Part shown: piece after piece, positions 26,270 through 46,726 of the stretch | Numbering within the stretch: position 1 is the first letter of the stretch | Layout of the letters: every line of letters starts with the position of its first letter | DNA from: the human T2T-CHM13v2.0 reference genome, Homo sapiens | Direction: 5' to 3' (one strand) | DNA: 64,000 nt | Assembly (NCBI RefSeq): GCF_009914755.1 | Contig: NC_060936.1 | Translations under genes and position numbers: made by a program | The notes under the pieces: generated by a model | What the model was told of the DNA's origin: nothing | Database searches by the model: none | The model's input: the letters and a program-made list of their open reading frames with translations, nothing else

Positions 26270-27450
26270 CCTTCAAATAGTCCCCTTTGTGAATCTCTTT
26301 CTAACCTTAGAATGAGGAAAACCTTTATAACTATGACATCAAATCCGGAAGCCATAAAGGATTAATACATTTGACTGCATAAAATTAAAATTATTTGAAT
26401 GCAAAATAATAATAGCATATACACTTATAGCGCTCATTTCATGTCAAACCCTCCACAGAACACTTTATATATCTGAAGTCGTGTCATTCTCATAACAATC
26501 CCTGGGATAAGTACTGTCCTTATCTAAGGGACTCTGAGGTTAAGTAACTAAACTATGGTCATTCAGCCAGTAAGTTACAGACAAAACCCAGTAGCCTGCC
26601 TTCAGAGTGTGTGCTCCAGCCATTTCCTCGACCACCACACACCACACAAAATCAGGAGACAAAGAGAAACGGGGGGAACACTGCTGCACAGAGCACAAAG
26701 GACTGATTATCCTGAAGTCTGTGGAGGCCTTAAAAATGAGCCAACAGAAAAACTGAGTACAAACAAGCAAGCCCCTGAAGAAACATCACAAATCTGTGTA
26801 ATAGATATGATAGCCTACATGATTGGCGAAGACTTAAGAGACTGATAATACTCAGTGTTGGTGAAGACATGGCTAAGCAAGCACTTTCACGTCCTTGGTA
26901 GAAATGTAAATTACTACCAAACGTACCAGAATTGTTACAATCATTTTTTTTTGGAGGACAATCTGACAATTATCTATTAAAATTTAAAATAGTCTTACCT
27001 AGTAAGTCCACTTCTAGGAGTCTCCCACAGAATAAGTCTCCCACAGAAAATGCTCCCCAAAGCTCAAAAAGACAAGCTATTCCATGCATCATTATTGATA
27101 ATGTCAAAAACTGGGAATGAGCCAAATTGTAATCAAGGGTGTGTGGGCTAAATAAGCTGGCCTACAACCACACAATTAAATACTACATGTGTCTTTGAAA
27201 AGAGAGAGGTGTTCTTGTTCAATCAGTAAAAAACAATGGACAAAATGAAACAAAACAAAAAGAATGAGGTAGATCCCTATGATTAGATACAGAAGATATC
27301 TAAAATGTATTTAGTGGGGAGCAAGTCAGTAAGAACATGATATGATTCTATATTGGTAAAAATGAAACAAAGTATTCAGAGGATCTACTTTATATTTCAA
27401 TGCATTAGAATAAGCACAGGAAACAGATATGGGAGGAATTTCTATCACAC
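26270..27450 (+). mobile_element. Ancient L1 (L1ME-like) remnants with an interspersed MIR
   Basis: Degenerate L1 3' motifs (ttggtagaaatgtaaatt...ttttggaggacaatctgacaat). Confidence 0.55.
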
Positions 27451-28644
27451 TAAGGACTTTCCCTTTCTTTCTAAGTTATGTATTTTCCCAATTGTAGGTT
27501 GTTTTCTCATGGGAGTTTGGTTTCAGTAAAAACCAGAGAACCTGCTAGACAAATTCTAGAAGAGCTCTAACACTTCCACTTCTAATTTTTCACACCTAAG
27601 ACATCATCCTGTTACAATCAGGAAAAATATAATAAAGATGAAATTAAATATGCGATAAATAGCAAAAAACACCTTCCCTGTTTCTTTCTTTCTTCTACAA
27701 GCATGTGCTGGGTATGCCTCCTGAGTCCTAGGCACTGATGTCTCAGGCTGGGCATGCAGAGACGAATCCATATGGCTCCTGCTCTCAAGAAACTTCTGGA
27801 AGGGGGGAAACAGTTGGTAAATTTAGGGGGGGATTGTCTCCTGGACTCAGTTTTCCTCCGTGGGGTGAGGCAGATGGGCTGCTGTGGCAGCCGTCTCAGA
27901 GAGGGCGGGGTCTCCCTGTCAGGACCCAAGGGGTCCTAGGGTACAGGTGGAAGGCAGAGGTGGAGCGGTGTGGGGCAGCGGATCAGGGAGGGGCTGATGA
28001 GGCACTTAGGCTTTGTCCTGAGGGCAGCAGGGAGCAGTAGGAAGGTTATCCGCAGCCAGTGGCATCCTTAGAGCAGCGTCTTATTTTTTATTTTCGTTAT
28101 TTTCTGTAGAGACGGTGTCTTGCTATATTGCACAGGCTGGTCTGGAATCCTGGTCCCAAACAAGTGGTCCTCCTGCCTCAGCCTCCCAATGTGCTGTAGC
28201 AGCATTTTAGCAGGACCATGATGGAAGCGGCTCGAAGGATGGGCTGGAGCGGAGAGCCACGCGTGGGAGCCCTGCTGGAGGTCTGCAGCACAGCATTGGC
28301 AGTGGGTATAAAAATGGGACTGCCCCAAGAGAGGGTGAGGAAACAGAACTGGCAGGACTGGGTGAGCGATTGGATGCTGAGGGTGGGGAAAGGGAGGGGT
28401 GGAAGACGACACCCTGTGCCTCTGGCTGGGTGGCAACTTTGTGCCTTCATAGTCTAAAAACGCACCCTCAGCGTTGCAGCCCCAATAGGACTCAGTTGAT
28501 GAACAACTTTCCAGGAACGTGGCTCTTGTGTGAAAGGGGCACCTGCGGGAACCTGCACAGATGCAGCTGCCTGGTGGGATTACAGCAGTCCGCCCAGCCA
28601 CTGCCCAGGGTGCCTGGAAGCCTGTCAAGGGCATAGTCCTTTGT

Positions 28645-28832
28645 GGCTGATGCTTACAGCTGATCAGAACCCAGGACACTAGCACTTACTATCAAGGTTA
28701 TAGGGAGGCTGATGCTTACAGCTGATCAGAACCCAGGACACTAGCACTTACTATCAAGGTTATAGGGAGGCTGATGCTTACAGCTGATCAGAATCCAGGA
28801 CACTAGCACTCACTATCAAGGTTATAGGGAGG
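28645..28832. repeat. Tandem repeat, 3 x 62 bp
   Basis: ggctgatgcttacagctgatcagaacccaggacactagcacttactatcaaggttataggga starts at 28645, 28707 and 28769. Confidence 0.97.
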
Positions 28833-30156
28833 TGGCAGAGAAAAGAAGTTCAGCGAGAGTGGTGCCTCTTTTCAAAATGGTATGACAGTCCCTAGGTTCT
28901 CTGGCTCCTGTTTCTGGATTCAGTGCTGTGAGGGCCTCTCACCATCATGTGGTCTGTGTGAACCAACCATCAGGGCAGTTTAGGTACTGCAGGGTGTTGG
29001 GGCCCCAGTCCTTAGCAGGGTTCAAGCAGCGGGTGCCATGCCTAGATCTTACAATTCCCGGCAGCATCTCCCTTCACCTCCTGCTTGCTGAGAGCACTTT
29101 GGTGGGCAGAAATAGCCCTGTCACTCATGCCCAGCTGCACACACGTCAACAACCTGGGGCTGTGCGCTCTCCTGATGCAAGGTCCTTTCTGCTAGTCATG
29201 ACTACTAAGACCTGCTGCCCAGGACTGAGTGCTGATTCACCTACTACGTTGGTCAGAGGGTTGGGGGCAACTCTGATTGCAGAAGCTCTCTGGATGGGCA
29301 GTGCTAGCGGAGTTCCATAGAGCTGGTCTTAAAAGCAGGGGCCTTTTGGCTGAGCTCCGAGTCCCTGGAGGGACAGTGTCTGCTGTGAACAGATGTCACG
29401 GAGGGAGCAGTGCAGTGTCACCAGTCTGGCTTCTCGCCCCAGGTCCCTTGGGCACGTCTTATCTTATCGTGCAGCTGGGCTGGGGGTGCTGCCAGACTTT
29501 GTGGGAGCTGGCTGCAAGGGCCAAGGGTGTTTCTTTAGAGATATTTCTCAGGTTCTGGGCCTCATTAGAACAGGAAAGCCTTCTGAAAGAGTGACGTGGC
29601 CGGCGGCAGGTATGGTGTGTGACTTAACTAGTCAATTTTGAGCAAACAGAGGCCCCCAGGCGTTTTTCCCGGGTCACTCCCTTTGCCCCTCCTGCTCTGC
29701 TCATCCTTCCAACTGCTCCTTTAGCCTGAAGGCCTGGAGCCCCAGCCGCCAGGCTGTAGCCAAACGCATATCTTGTTTGCATTCTCGGTGAACTTACCAT
29801 TAATCTGTGACAGATGAAAAATAGGAACTTTGAAGCCAGAATGGGGTCAAGTCTGGCTTTACTGCCTGCTGCTAGGTGACCTTGAACAAGCTAAGTTGTC
29901 TGAGCCATAGTGTCCCCAAGTGCAAAATGGGATAAAAGATAGTCCCTACCTCACTGGGCTGCTGCGACAACAGTAGGGCACACATAAAACAGTTAGGTGT
30001 CTCCTAGATAACATGAGGGAGTCATCGTCATTGCCGGAGGGATTCAGAGTGGACCCGTCACGGTACATTCTTGTGAATATCCAACAAACAGGTGTTGAAC
30101 AAATGGAGAAAGATATTAGACACAGATTACGAAGAAACAGAATAACTAGCTTCTCT

Positions 30157-30452
<296 letters not shown>

Positions 30453-31097
30453 AATCAATTACAAATTATTTGGTTAGTTGTAAGAAGCAGAACATACTAA
30501 GGAATGTAGTCCAAGTCCAAGCTCTGTTCAGGGATAAATACTGTCATTATAAAAATTAGTGAAAATAAGCCAACTGAAATTCATCTCAGAAAAGTTATGA
30601 AAAGACAATAAAACACACCTTAGGAAAACAGCAAGGAAGAACAAAATTAAGATAATTACAGAAATTTGTGAGTTACAAGGCTATCAGTAGATTGAGTAAA
30701 TGAAACTATGGAATGGATTTTTTTAAAGAAAAGTAAAATAAATCCTTTCCCTAAAAATGCAATCAAGAAAAAAACAGGGAAAAAAAATGAACAGACAAAA
30801 GTAGAGTGGATACAGATGTTATAAATATAGTAGGAAAGAAGATTTTTTAATGGAAAAAATCCAGAAATCTATGTTAAATATAGGAACCATTCTCAATTTA
30901 TTAGGTTCACTGCAATACTAACTGGGTGTAATGACTACATTGTTCATTTGGTAAAGTATTAAAGCACAATTACTAAGAACTCTTAGGGGAAGAAAAGAAT
31001 AAGAAGGCAAGAATTTCCCTGCAATACATCAACATTTACTACTCAGTCAACTTTGAAACAGATCTGAAAACCTAGCGATTGTTAAAGAAGCATCACA

Positions 31098-31582
<485 letters not shown>

Positions 31583-31629
31583 ATCACCAACTTATCAGGG
31601 AAGGGGGCAAATTATTTATCAAATAAATT

Positions 31630-34296
<2,667 letters not shown>

Positions 34297-34379
34297 AGAA
34301 AGAAAGAAACAAACAATAAAACCAAAGACAAGATAGTGACTCAATGGAGAAGAATTTTCCAAATATAAAAAAGTGGCAA

Positions 34380-34680
34380 GCTGAGTGCGGTGGCTCACAC
34401 CTATAATCCCAGCACTTTGGGAGGTTGAAGCAGGGGCATCCCTGGAGGCCAGGAGTTGGAGACCAGCCTGGGGGACATGGCAAAATCCTGTCTCTACCAA
34501 AAATACAAAAAATTAGCCGGGCGTGGCGGCGTGTGCCTGTAGTCCCAGCTACAGGAGGCTGAGGTGGGAGGATCACTTGAGCCCAGGAAGTCGAGGTTGC
34601 AGTGAGCCATTATTGCACCATCCCACTCCAGCCTGGACGATGAGAGTGAGACCCTGTCTCAAAAAAAAAACAAAAAAAAA
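34380..34680 (+). mobile_element. Alu (AluJ-like)
   Basis: Alu consensus. Confidence 0.9.
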
Positions 34681-36336
34681 TGGCAGAATTCACAGTGGAA
34701 AAGATAAATAAACATAAAAAAGTTAAGCTTCTGTCACATGAAAAACTTGTTAAAATTAAAAGTCACGTCATAACTATTACAAATTTATACCCTAAACCAA
34801 ATAACACACCTATTAAGTACAATTATGATCCCAGTTTTCTAAAATAAAACAAAATGCCTTAATCTACAAAGGGGAAAAATGGAAGGCGAAACACTACGTG
34901 GTTGGTAGTTGTAGGCTGTGGGTTTCCGGGTGATGGCTGGTTCCACCATCTGTGTGACCTTGTGCAAGTCAGTTCCCCCTTCTGTGCCTCAGTCTCCCCA
35001 TGTGTAGCATGAAAATGATAATGGCACCTTCCTGACAGGGTTGCTATGAGCACTACCTGGGTTACTGCGTGTAAAGTACTTGTAAGAGTGTGCGGCACTC
35101 AATAAATCTCAGTGTTGCTATTATTATACGTTTTCTTACAGATGGGCTTTTGAGATTTCCACTGTTTACCCAGGATACTAAGGGTTGTACTAAGAACATG
35201 GTGACACAGGAGAACATAGTCTGACATGGACAGACTTAAAGATTATAAGGAACAAACAAGTGAAAATAGGTCAGACAAATCAAAGAGTAAGGGCAGCACA
35301 TATTATTCATGTTACATAAAACCAAGGAGCTGTTCCTTGTATATGATGAATTGAAGAAGTCTCGAAGACATTGCGTCTTGAGGCAAAGTAGGGCCAAGTG
35401 AAATTTCCACTTCTCTTGCCATTGGCCAAGAACATTTCATGGAGGAGATAGAATCTCAGAAGCTGAAGAAGAGGCGAATGTATTAGTGGGAGTTACCATT
35501 AACAATGAACACCAAGAAGTGTCGCAGGAGCCTGCACCTCGGCAGTGCAGCCAACTCTGCACTGAAGGTGTGGAGGGTCTGGGGCATTGTTGCTTTTGGG
35601 GAATGCTGGGCTATTACAGGCCAGAGGGCCCAGAGGCCTTTGCCTTGTTGAAGCCCTCTAGTATAATGCTGGACCCTTCTGGTTTAAAGGAACATTTATT
35701 ATCACTAGTAAGATTTTTCTTTGTAGCTCTGGGCTAATTTATGTAGGTAGGAGGTCCCCTGCGGAGAAAGCTTGGTCTCTCGTATATAAACACAAGCATC
35801 TGCAGATAAGTTTCCTGTAAGGAAATGAGCTTGTTAACGGGTGGGAAAGGGAAGAACTGCTCACTCACACAATCGTGTATAATGTGTGTGTATGCGTGTG
35901 TGTCTGTGTATAGATATGTACAGACAGCACTTTGCCAACACCCTGTTTCTGGTATGCGCAAGGATGTTTCCATACTTGGCTGCTTCACAGGTGTTTTCAC
36001 TGACCTCCCCCTGGGCACCGAGGGGGTAAGTGCGGATCTACGTTCAGCAGGTAGCTGTGTCCACAGCTCCATTCCGCCCCCACCCTCCTCCTTGCCCTCC
36101 CTCTGCCCAGAGGGAGGAAACTGGCAGTGAATTCCAGAGAGGACTGGAGAGGGCTGCCCGAGCTTGCCCATCTTACCAGACAGGGCTATGTCTAAGGTGT
36201 GAGTGCTGTGGACCTGGCCATAGGCCACTTTCGAAGGAGCTCACCCGTGACTCAGCTTGGGCTGTGAGAAATGAGGAGAAAGGGGGGGAGACATTTAAAA
36301 CATGGTCATCAATTCAATCTAATTAGAGTCATTTGA

Positions 36337-37118
<782 letters not shown>

Positions 37119-38009
37119 TATTCCTCCCCCCGCCCCAGTTAATTTGTCAGTGGATAAGAAATGAGAATAACGAAGCTAAATCTTAGACATTTGAGGGAGT
37201 CATAGCCCCCAAGAAAAGGGTGAGTGTCCTAGCTACAGCACAAGCCATCACACGTTGAGCAGCGTGTGAGACCTCACAACATGATCTCTGCAACATCCTA
37301 CAAGGGGGTATTATCCCCCCATTTACTGGTGAGAAAACAACTCAGAGAGGTTAAGAGACTTATCAGGATGCCACCCATGTTCGTGGCTTCATTGGAATTT
37401 GAACCCTGACTTGCCTCAGTAGAGTTGGGAGATTAGGACCACTCAGTCCCAGCAAGTCTGGAAGTGCGGAGGCCCTCCCAGCCCCACGACTGCGCTTGGC
37501 CTACTGCCTCTCCTCCTCAGCTTGGTTGGACCTGCACCCCAGCACGCCCGGGGGGCTCACATTCCTCCCCGAGATGCCGCCACTGATTCACCATGGTGCC
37601 AGTGTCCCATTGCCCGTCTCGGGCACAGGAGTAGCCGTGCACTCAGGATACCTCTGATGCCAAGGTTTGCGCAGCTCTGGCCCAGCCCGCCTCCTTCTGC
37701 CCAGCTGCCAGGGCCCCGATACTCAGCCCTCCCCTGCCTGGTTTCTGAGTCTGAGGAATGTGCCCAGAAGCAAATTGGCGCTGAGATTCACATTTACTCC
37801 TTTACTCCTTCCGAACGCCTGAGCCACTGGGGGGTCTTGGCTACTTCCAAGCTTCAATTCCTCGGGGCTGAATTTCTCAGTGATCTTGGGAGGTCCTTGC
37901 AGCTGAGTCCTTCTGGGAGACATGCAATGAAGGTGGTCAAGGCTATGAGGGGAAAAGGTGGTCAAGATAACGAGGGAAATGGAGCTAGAGGCTTTACAAA
38001 ATGGGTGGG

Positions 38010-38570
<561 letters not shown>

Positions 38571-38988
38571 CAGAATTGTTGTAAGTTTCTTTTTTTCTAT
38601 TTGTTAGGGTTGTTCTAGTATTTATGTAATTTAAAAAAATCAATCTTGAGTTTTCAAAGGGTGAAAACAAGATATGTAGAAATCTATCTGAACTCTCAAT
38701 AGTTAAAACACTCCCAATTCCTTTGGTAGGGAGATCTCTGTCCTTTGAAAACAGGTCCACCTTGACCAGAAGACTTACTATTTAGTTCTCACCTCCCTGT
38801 GATTTGCTCTCTCCTGCATTTGCAGAACTGGCAGAGCATTGTGAATGCTCAGAATTTGTGGAATAAATGCATGAACTGGGTTTGCATCCTCATTTAGAAT
38901 GCATGTAACTAGGTAGCTGCTTTTTGTATTATTTACTATGAATTTAAAAATATATCTTTTTAAAAATTAACTTTAAAAAAATAAAACA

Positions 38989-39625
<637 letters not shown>

Positions 39626-39884
39626 ATGATTTCCATGGGAATAAGAGAGTAGAGTCTGACCCAGTTTATTATCTGTCTGACTTGATACACACCATTTTAA
39701 GGTACTGACATCCCCAGATGAAGCCAGTAGCAATCCCTTAATTAAATAACTATTCAATTAAGAACAGCTGTGTCACTTCAGACGCAATGTCCCGTGTGGT
39801 GATGACTGAGGAACCCCATGCATAAGGTACGCTGGAGGCTTCCACACTCAATGGGGATGACACTGGAGAACTGCAGACTGAGCC

Positions 39885-41965
39885 ATAATCCACACACCAC
39901 ACAATTCACCTATTTAAAGTGTACGGTTCAGTGGCTTTTAGTATTTACAGAGTTGTGCAAACATCATCACAATCCATTCTAGAACATTTTCATCATCCCC
40001 AAAAGAAACCCAGTGCCCATCCCTTCCTTATCCCCAGCCCCAGCCTAGGCAACTACTAATCTACTTTCTGTCTGTATCGATTTTGGATAGTTCCTGTCAG
40101 TGGGATCACATACTCTGTGGTCCTTTGTGTTGTTCATTTAGCATAATGTTTTCAAAGTTCATTCATGCTGTAGCATGTTTCAGTACTTCGTTTCTTTTTA
40201 TCATTGAATAGATATTTCATTGGATATACATTTTGCTTATACATTCCTCAGCTGATAGGAATTTGAGTTGTTTCCACCTTTTCACTATTATAAATAATGC
40301 TGCTGTGCACATTGGTTCATTGTGTGAATGTATATACCTAGGAGTGGAGTTAATTGCTGGGTCATACCGTACCTCTGTGATTAGCTTTTTGAGGAACTGC
40401 CAGACTGCTTTCCAAAGTGGCTGCACCATTTTGCATTCCAGCCAGTAATGTAGGAGATTCCAGTTTCTCCTCATCCTTACCAATACTTGCTATTACCTGC
40501 TTTTTTGAAAATAACAGTCCCCTAATGAGTGTAAAGTGCTGTCTCATTGTGGGTTTTCTTTTGCTTTATTTTTTGAGACAGGGTCTCACTCTGTTGCCCA
40601 GGCTGGAGTGCAGTGGTGCCATCATGGCTAACTGAAGCCTGGACCTCCTGAGCTCAAGTGATCCTCCCACCCCAACCTCTTGACTAGTTAGAGCTACAGG
40701 CACATGGCCACCATGCAAGCTAATTTTTAATTTTTTTTTTGTAGAGATGAGATCTCACTATGTTGCCCAGGCTGGTCTTGAACTACTGGGCTCAAGCAAT
40801 CCTTCTGCTTCCACCTCCAAAAGTGCTAGGATTTCAAGCATGAGCCACCACACTGGGCCTGTTTGCGGTTTTGAGTTTATATTTTCTTGCTGGCTAATGA
40901 TGTTAAACATCTTTTCATGTGCTTATTGGCCATTTGTATATTTTCTTTGGAAAAATGTTTATTCAGCTCATTTGCCCTAAAATTTGATTATTTGTCTTTT
41001 TATTATAAAGTTGTAAGAGTGCTTTATATATTCTGTATACAAGTCCCTTATAAGATATATGATTTGTAAATATTTCTCCCATTATCTGGATTCTCTTTTC
41101 ACTTCCTTGATGGTGCCATTTGAAACGCAACCTTTTTTAATATTCATGAAGCCCAATTTATTTTTCCTCTGTTACTGTGCTTTTGGTGTCATATCTAAGA
41201 AGGCTTTCCTGCATGACGGTTTACTTACATTTTGTTCTAAGAATTTTAGATTTTAGCTTTCACATTTAAGTCTATGATCCATTTTGAATTAATTTTTGCA
41301 CATGGTATGAGGTAAGAGTCCAACTTTATTCTTTTCCATGTGGACATCCAGTTATCCCAGCACCATTTGTTGAAAAGACTATTCTTTTTCTTTTTTTTTT
41401 TGAGACGGAGTCTCAGCCTGTCACCCAGGCTGGAGTATAGTGGTGCAATCTTGGCTCAGTGCAACCTCTGCCTCCCAGGTTCAAGTGATCCTCCTGCCTC
41501 AACCCCCTGAGTAGCTGGGACTACAGGCACGCACCACCACACCTGGCTAATTTTTGTATTTTTAATAGAGACGGGGTTTTGCCATCTTGGCCAGTCTGGT
41601 TTCGAACTCCTGACCTCAAGTGATCTGCCTGCCTCAGCCTCCCAAAGTGCTGGGACTACAGGCATGAGTCACTGCGCCTGGCCAAAAAGACCATTCTTTC
41701 CCCCGCTGAGTCGTCATAGAATTGGTGTATATGTCTGTCCTTACGCCAGCATCACACTGACTTGATTACTGTAGCTTTGTAGTAAGTTTTCCTGTTGGGA
41801 CGCGTGAGTCCTCCAGCCTTCTTTTTCAAGATCATTTGAGCCATTCTGGGTTCCTTGAAATTCCGCACAGTTCTAGGATCAGCTCTGCAAAGTCTGCTGG
41901 GGTTTTGATGGGAACCGCATTAAATCTGTAGACCAATTTGGGGAGTATCGCTATCTTAACAACAG
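39885..41965 (-). mobile_element. L1MB-like LINE fragment with Alus inserted at 40565-40860 and 41383-41683
   Basis: Reverse L1MB 3' end (aattcacctatttaaagtgtac...agaacattttcatcatcccc) and ORF2-end motifs (ccagcaccatttgttgaaaagact). Confidence 0.85.
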
Positions 41966-42078
41966 TAAAGGGATTTTTTAAAGTATAAGCTGCGAGGACA
42001 AAATAGACTGGAAGAGGAAATAAGTAGAACGAGGAGTAGTAAATGAATGTCTTGGCCGAGCAATAGAGGCCACAGCCT

Positions 42079-42516
<438 letters not shown>

Positions 42517-43008
42517 CTACTTACAGAGCAGTTCAACCCTCCGACTCCTTCACCACCCCTCAAAGCCTGTTGACAGATCCTCCCCAAGGCAAGTGACCAG
42601 AGGTTTGTTATTTTCCAGAGCAGTGCTCTTGCGGTGTGGTCCAGGAACTGGTTTAGGTCCACAAACTGTTAGTGGCCCCAGTAAGATAAGTACAGGAAGC
42701 AAGAATATGTGTTTAGGATTTTCACGGAAATTTGACGTTGCCTCAGCACTCAGTGTGTGATCAGTGGGTTCTCCTGGCTGCAGGATAGAGGCCAGTTTGG
42801 ATGTCTGAACTCCCAGAGTGAGGCATGTGCCGTGTGAGATGCGGCCTACTCATGCCCAGCAGGACCACGTACATGTCCCTGACAGAATGGGAGTTTCAAA
42901 ACTCCGCCTTCCCCACAGATAGTCTGCAAAGTGCTGCTCTAGAGGCTGGCAGGCTCGGCTGTGCATCATGGGGAGAGGGTTGAGGCAACTGCTGAAAATC
43001 TGCATTCA

Positions 43009-43344
<336 letters not shown>

Positions 43345-43559
43345 TCAGCAAAGAAGCTAACACCCACCCTACATTTCTGCATTGAAGCTCCCCAGCAAAC
43401 AAGCCCTACCCATGCAGATAAAGCTTCACATAACCTGGAAGATGAGGGGTTTTGGGGTTTGTTTTTCGAATGGGTTCTATATTAATATGGTTCGGAACTC
43501 AAAAGATTCAAAAGGTACAATGAAAAGGTCCACTTTGTCCTTCACAACTTAGCTCTCCT

Positions 43560-44420
43560 TCCAGTAAGCTTTTTGGTGCCTCACTGTTTAATATACACAG
43601 AAAGCCTACATGAAAGATGGAGACCAAAATAAAGAAATAAGAGAAGAGACAGAGAGAATGTAGGGAGCAGAAGAAAAGTGCAAAAAAGGAAAAGAATAAC
43701 ATCTGCAGAGAAAAAAGAGAAGCTATTCCATCAATGTAATAAGAACTGTGTCTTATTTTAGTTTATTTATTATTTTTAAAAATTATTAATAGAGATGTTG
43801 CCCAGGCTTGTCTAGAACTCCTGGCCTCAAGCCATCTGCCTGCCTCAGCCTCCCAAAGTGCTGGGATTACAGGCATGAGCCACCTTGCCCAGCCAATATT
43901 CTATTTCAAAAAGGAATATTCGGAGACCAAAGAAAAGAGAACTCTTGGAAACTAAAAATATGAAATTAAAAATATAAAAATTAAAAATTCAACTTAAGAT
44001 AGAGAAACGTTTATAAAATCTCATAGAAAGTAGAACAAAAAGATGATAGAGATAAAAAATTAGATACAAAAGACAAAACTAAAGGATCACATCAGAAGAT
44101 CCAACATCCTAACACTGAGAGTTCAAGATGGGCTGAACAAAGAAAAGAGAAAGGCAAAAATTATTAAATAAACAATTCAGATGTTTTTTCTAGAGCAGAA
44201 AACATCAATTTTGGGGTCAAAAGGACTTACCAAGTGCCCTATATAATGAATGAGGAACAACTCACCCCAAGCCACATCATTGTCAGCTTTTGGAACTGGA
44301 GGTCAGAAGGAATCTAACAACTTCCAGACATGAGCTCCAGAGGACAGAGGAGTGAAATGGCACTCGATGTCACAGCAGCCACACTAGAAGCTACAATTCT
44401 ATACTCAACCCACTAGCAAT
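43560..44420 (+). mobile_element. Ancient L1/HAL1 ORF1-like remnant
   Basis: A-rich strand with motifs gaagatccaacatcctaa...gagttc and caagccacatcattgt. Confidence 0.45.
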
Positions 44421-46726
44421 TGCGGGAAGACGGTTTAGGTAAGTTAGTCCACAAAAATTGTCCTTCCTTTGCTCACTTTCTTAGGGAGTTACTGGAAGGT
44501 GTGCGCCACCAAAATCAAGGAAGAAGACAAGGAACCCACAGGACTGTGGGCCGAGTTGCTTTGGCACTAAGCAGAACAGAGGGGAAAGGAAGAAAGAGTG
44601 GAGCAAAAGAAGGGAGGGAGAGAGGACGACGCTTTGAACTGGGTGCATGGAGAAAGCAGTCAGGAGACCAAGAGGTTCCTCCTGGCATTTGAATCCCCGG
44701 CCCCAACTCTTCCGGAGGCCCGGCTGCAATCCTGTCCTTTGGCTTTGTGAGACACCAGATACCCTTGTAATAAATTCCACTTCTTATTTAACTAGTTCAC
44801 ATTGCATTTCAGTCACTTGCAACCAAAAAATTTCTCCTGATATATTGCTACTCAAGGTATTAGAACCTGGGAGCTTGCTGGAAATGCAGAACCTCAGGCC
44901 TCCCCCAGATCTACTCAACCAGAATCTGCATTTTAGCAGGATTCCCAGGTGACTTACAGCCACATCAGAGTCTGAGAAGCACTGTCCTGATATATCCACC
45001 TTGCAAGGTAGGGTGGCGAGCATATTAGGGATAATAGGTAAAATATTTGACTACATAGTAGGTACTCTGTAAGGGATGATGATGATGATGATGATGATGA
45101 CGACTGGAGTAGAAATACTTCGGAATTACAATCTCAGAAAGAGTTCCTGGGACCATGGCAAATGGTGGCTTTGCACCAAATTACAAAAGCAAGCACACAA
45201 CCAAAAAGACAGAAAGCGCAATATCCCAAGAAACAGGTTCAGCTCTACTCCAGGAGCCTGTTGGGTTACTCAGCCCAGGTGTTGACATAGGAAAGCCATT
45301 AAGAAAACCCTTCTCAGGTGTGGCCATTGGCTGTGAGTGAGTGATTGACAGTCAGATCCGGTATGATGCTTGGCTGGGGGAATGCTGAGCTAATGCCACC
45401 TTTCTCAGTAGAGCAAGCATTCTGCCCCAGCACTCAGGAAGTAGGTCAGGAGGAGATATCCTGTGTGAGCAGCTCCAAATTGCTTTTTCAGGCAGAAACC
45501 TGTGGCCCACAGGACTGGGGGTGGAAGGGGAATGGGGATGAGAGGAGGCTGGGGGCCTGCTGCGGGGTGGAGATAGGAAATCACGTCCTCATTCTTGGCA
45601 GGAGCAAAGTTGCCTGTCACATAGTTTTCCTGGCTCCAGTCCTTTGGCCATCAGCCACCGTCTTTGTGCTGGGGGTTCCGTTGACTTTCCAATGCAAGCC
45701 AATTTGATGGAAGCTGGGGCTTAAAAGGAAATGTGCGCTTGTAGGAGCTGGTGTTCCATCTGGGCCCTCGGTGTGCTGTGGATGGATGGAGGATGAGTAT
45801 CCAAGGTCTGGATCTTCCCTAGGAGCTAGCGGTCATTGTTTTCGAATTGTCCACCAATTACGTGGCACTGTACTCAACCCTTAAGAGTCTTTACCAAGCA
45901 CACCAGCCCTCCAAGAATTTATATGCTAGAGTCCCCAGTCCTTTAGACTATCTTTAGGAATCTTATCCTATTCAGCAACAACAAACTCTACCATCATCCA
46001 ACGGCCGTCCTTGTGAAGGCTGACCATAGTAATCAACTCTGCAGCCACCACTACGGCAATAAAAGCCTAATGTTACCCTTGAATAATAGCGAACACTTAA
46101 TAATGTGCTTATTACCGGCCTGGCACTTTTCTAAGTACATATTTTAATTCATCTACTTCTCACAGCAACTTCATGAGGTCAAATACAATTGCAGTCCTCA
46201 TTTTACAGATGAGAAAGCTGAGACATAAATGAGACATTAAATGAGATTACACAACTAGCAAATGGCAGAACTGGGAGTCAAACCCAGGCAATCTGGCTCC
46301 AGAGCTCCTGCCCTTTAGCCGCTGTACCCAAGCCGTGACACAGGGACAGCCTGGTGGGCAAGGGTCAGCCACAGTCCTCCTGCTAGCTAATCCCATCTCA
46401 GCCCTCACTAGCTAGCTGGCTTCAGCTAAATATGAATAACTCAGCAATGTGGTGAGGTGCAAGAGCTGAGGTGTCAGAGGAAAAGATCTGGATTCTACGT
46501 CCTGATGCTGCCACCTGGAAAAGAAGGACACTGATGCTGACTGAATGCAGAGCACGTATCAGGTCCATGTTTAATCTTCCCAGCTAGCCTGTGTGACCTG
46601 AGGCAAGTCACTGTCCCTCTCTGGGTCTCTGTTTTCTAATGTGGAAAGTGGACCAGGTGCTTTCTGGGTTGTTGTTGTTTAATTCAATCTAGGCAACACT
46701 CGCTCACAGAAGAATTCATGCACATA

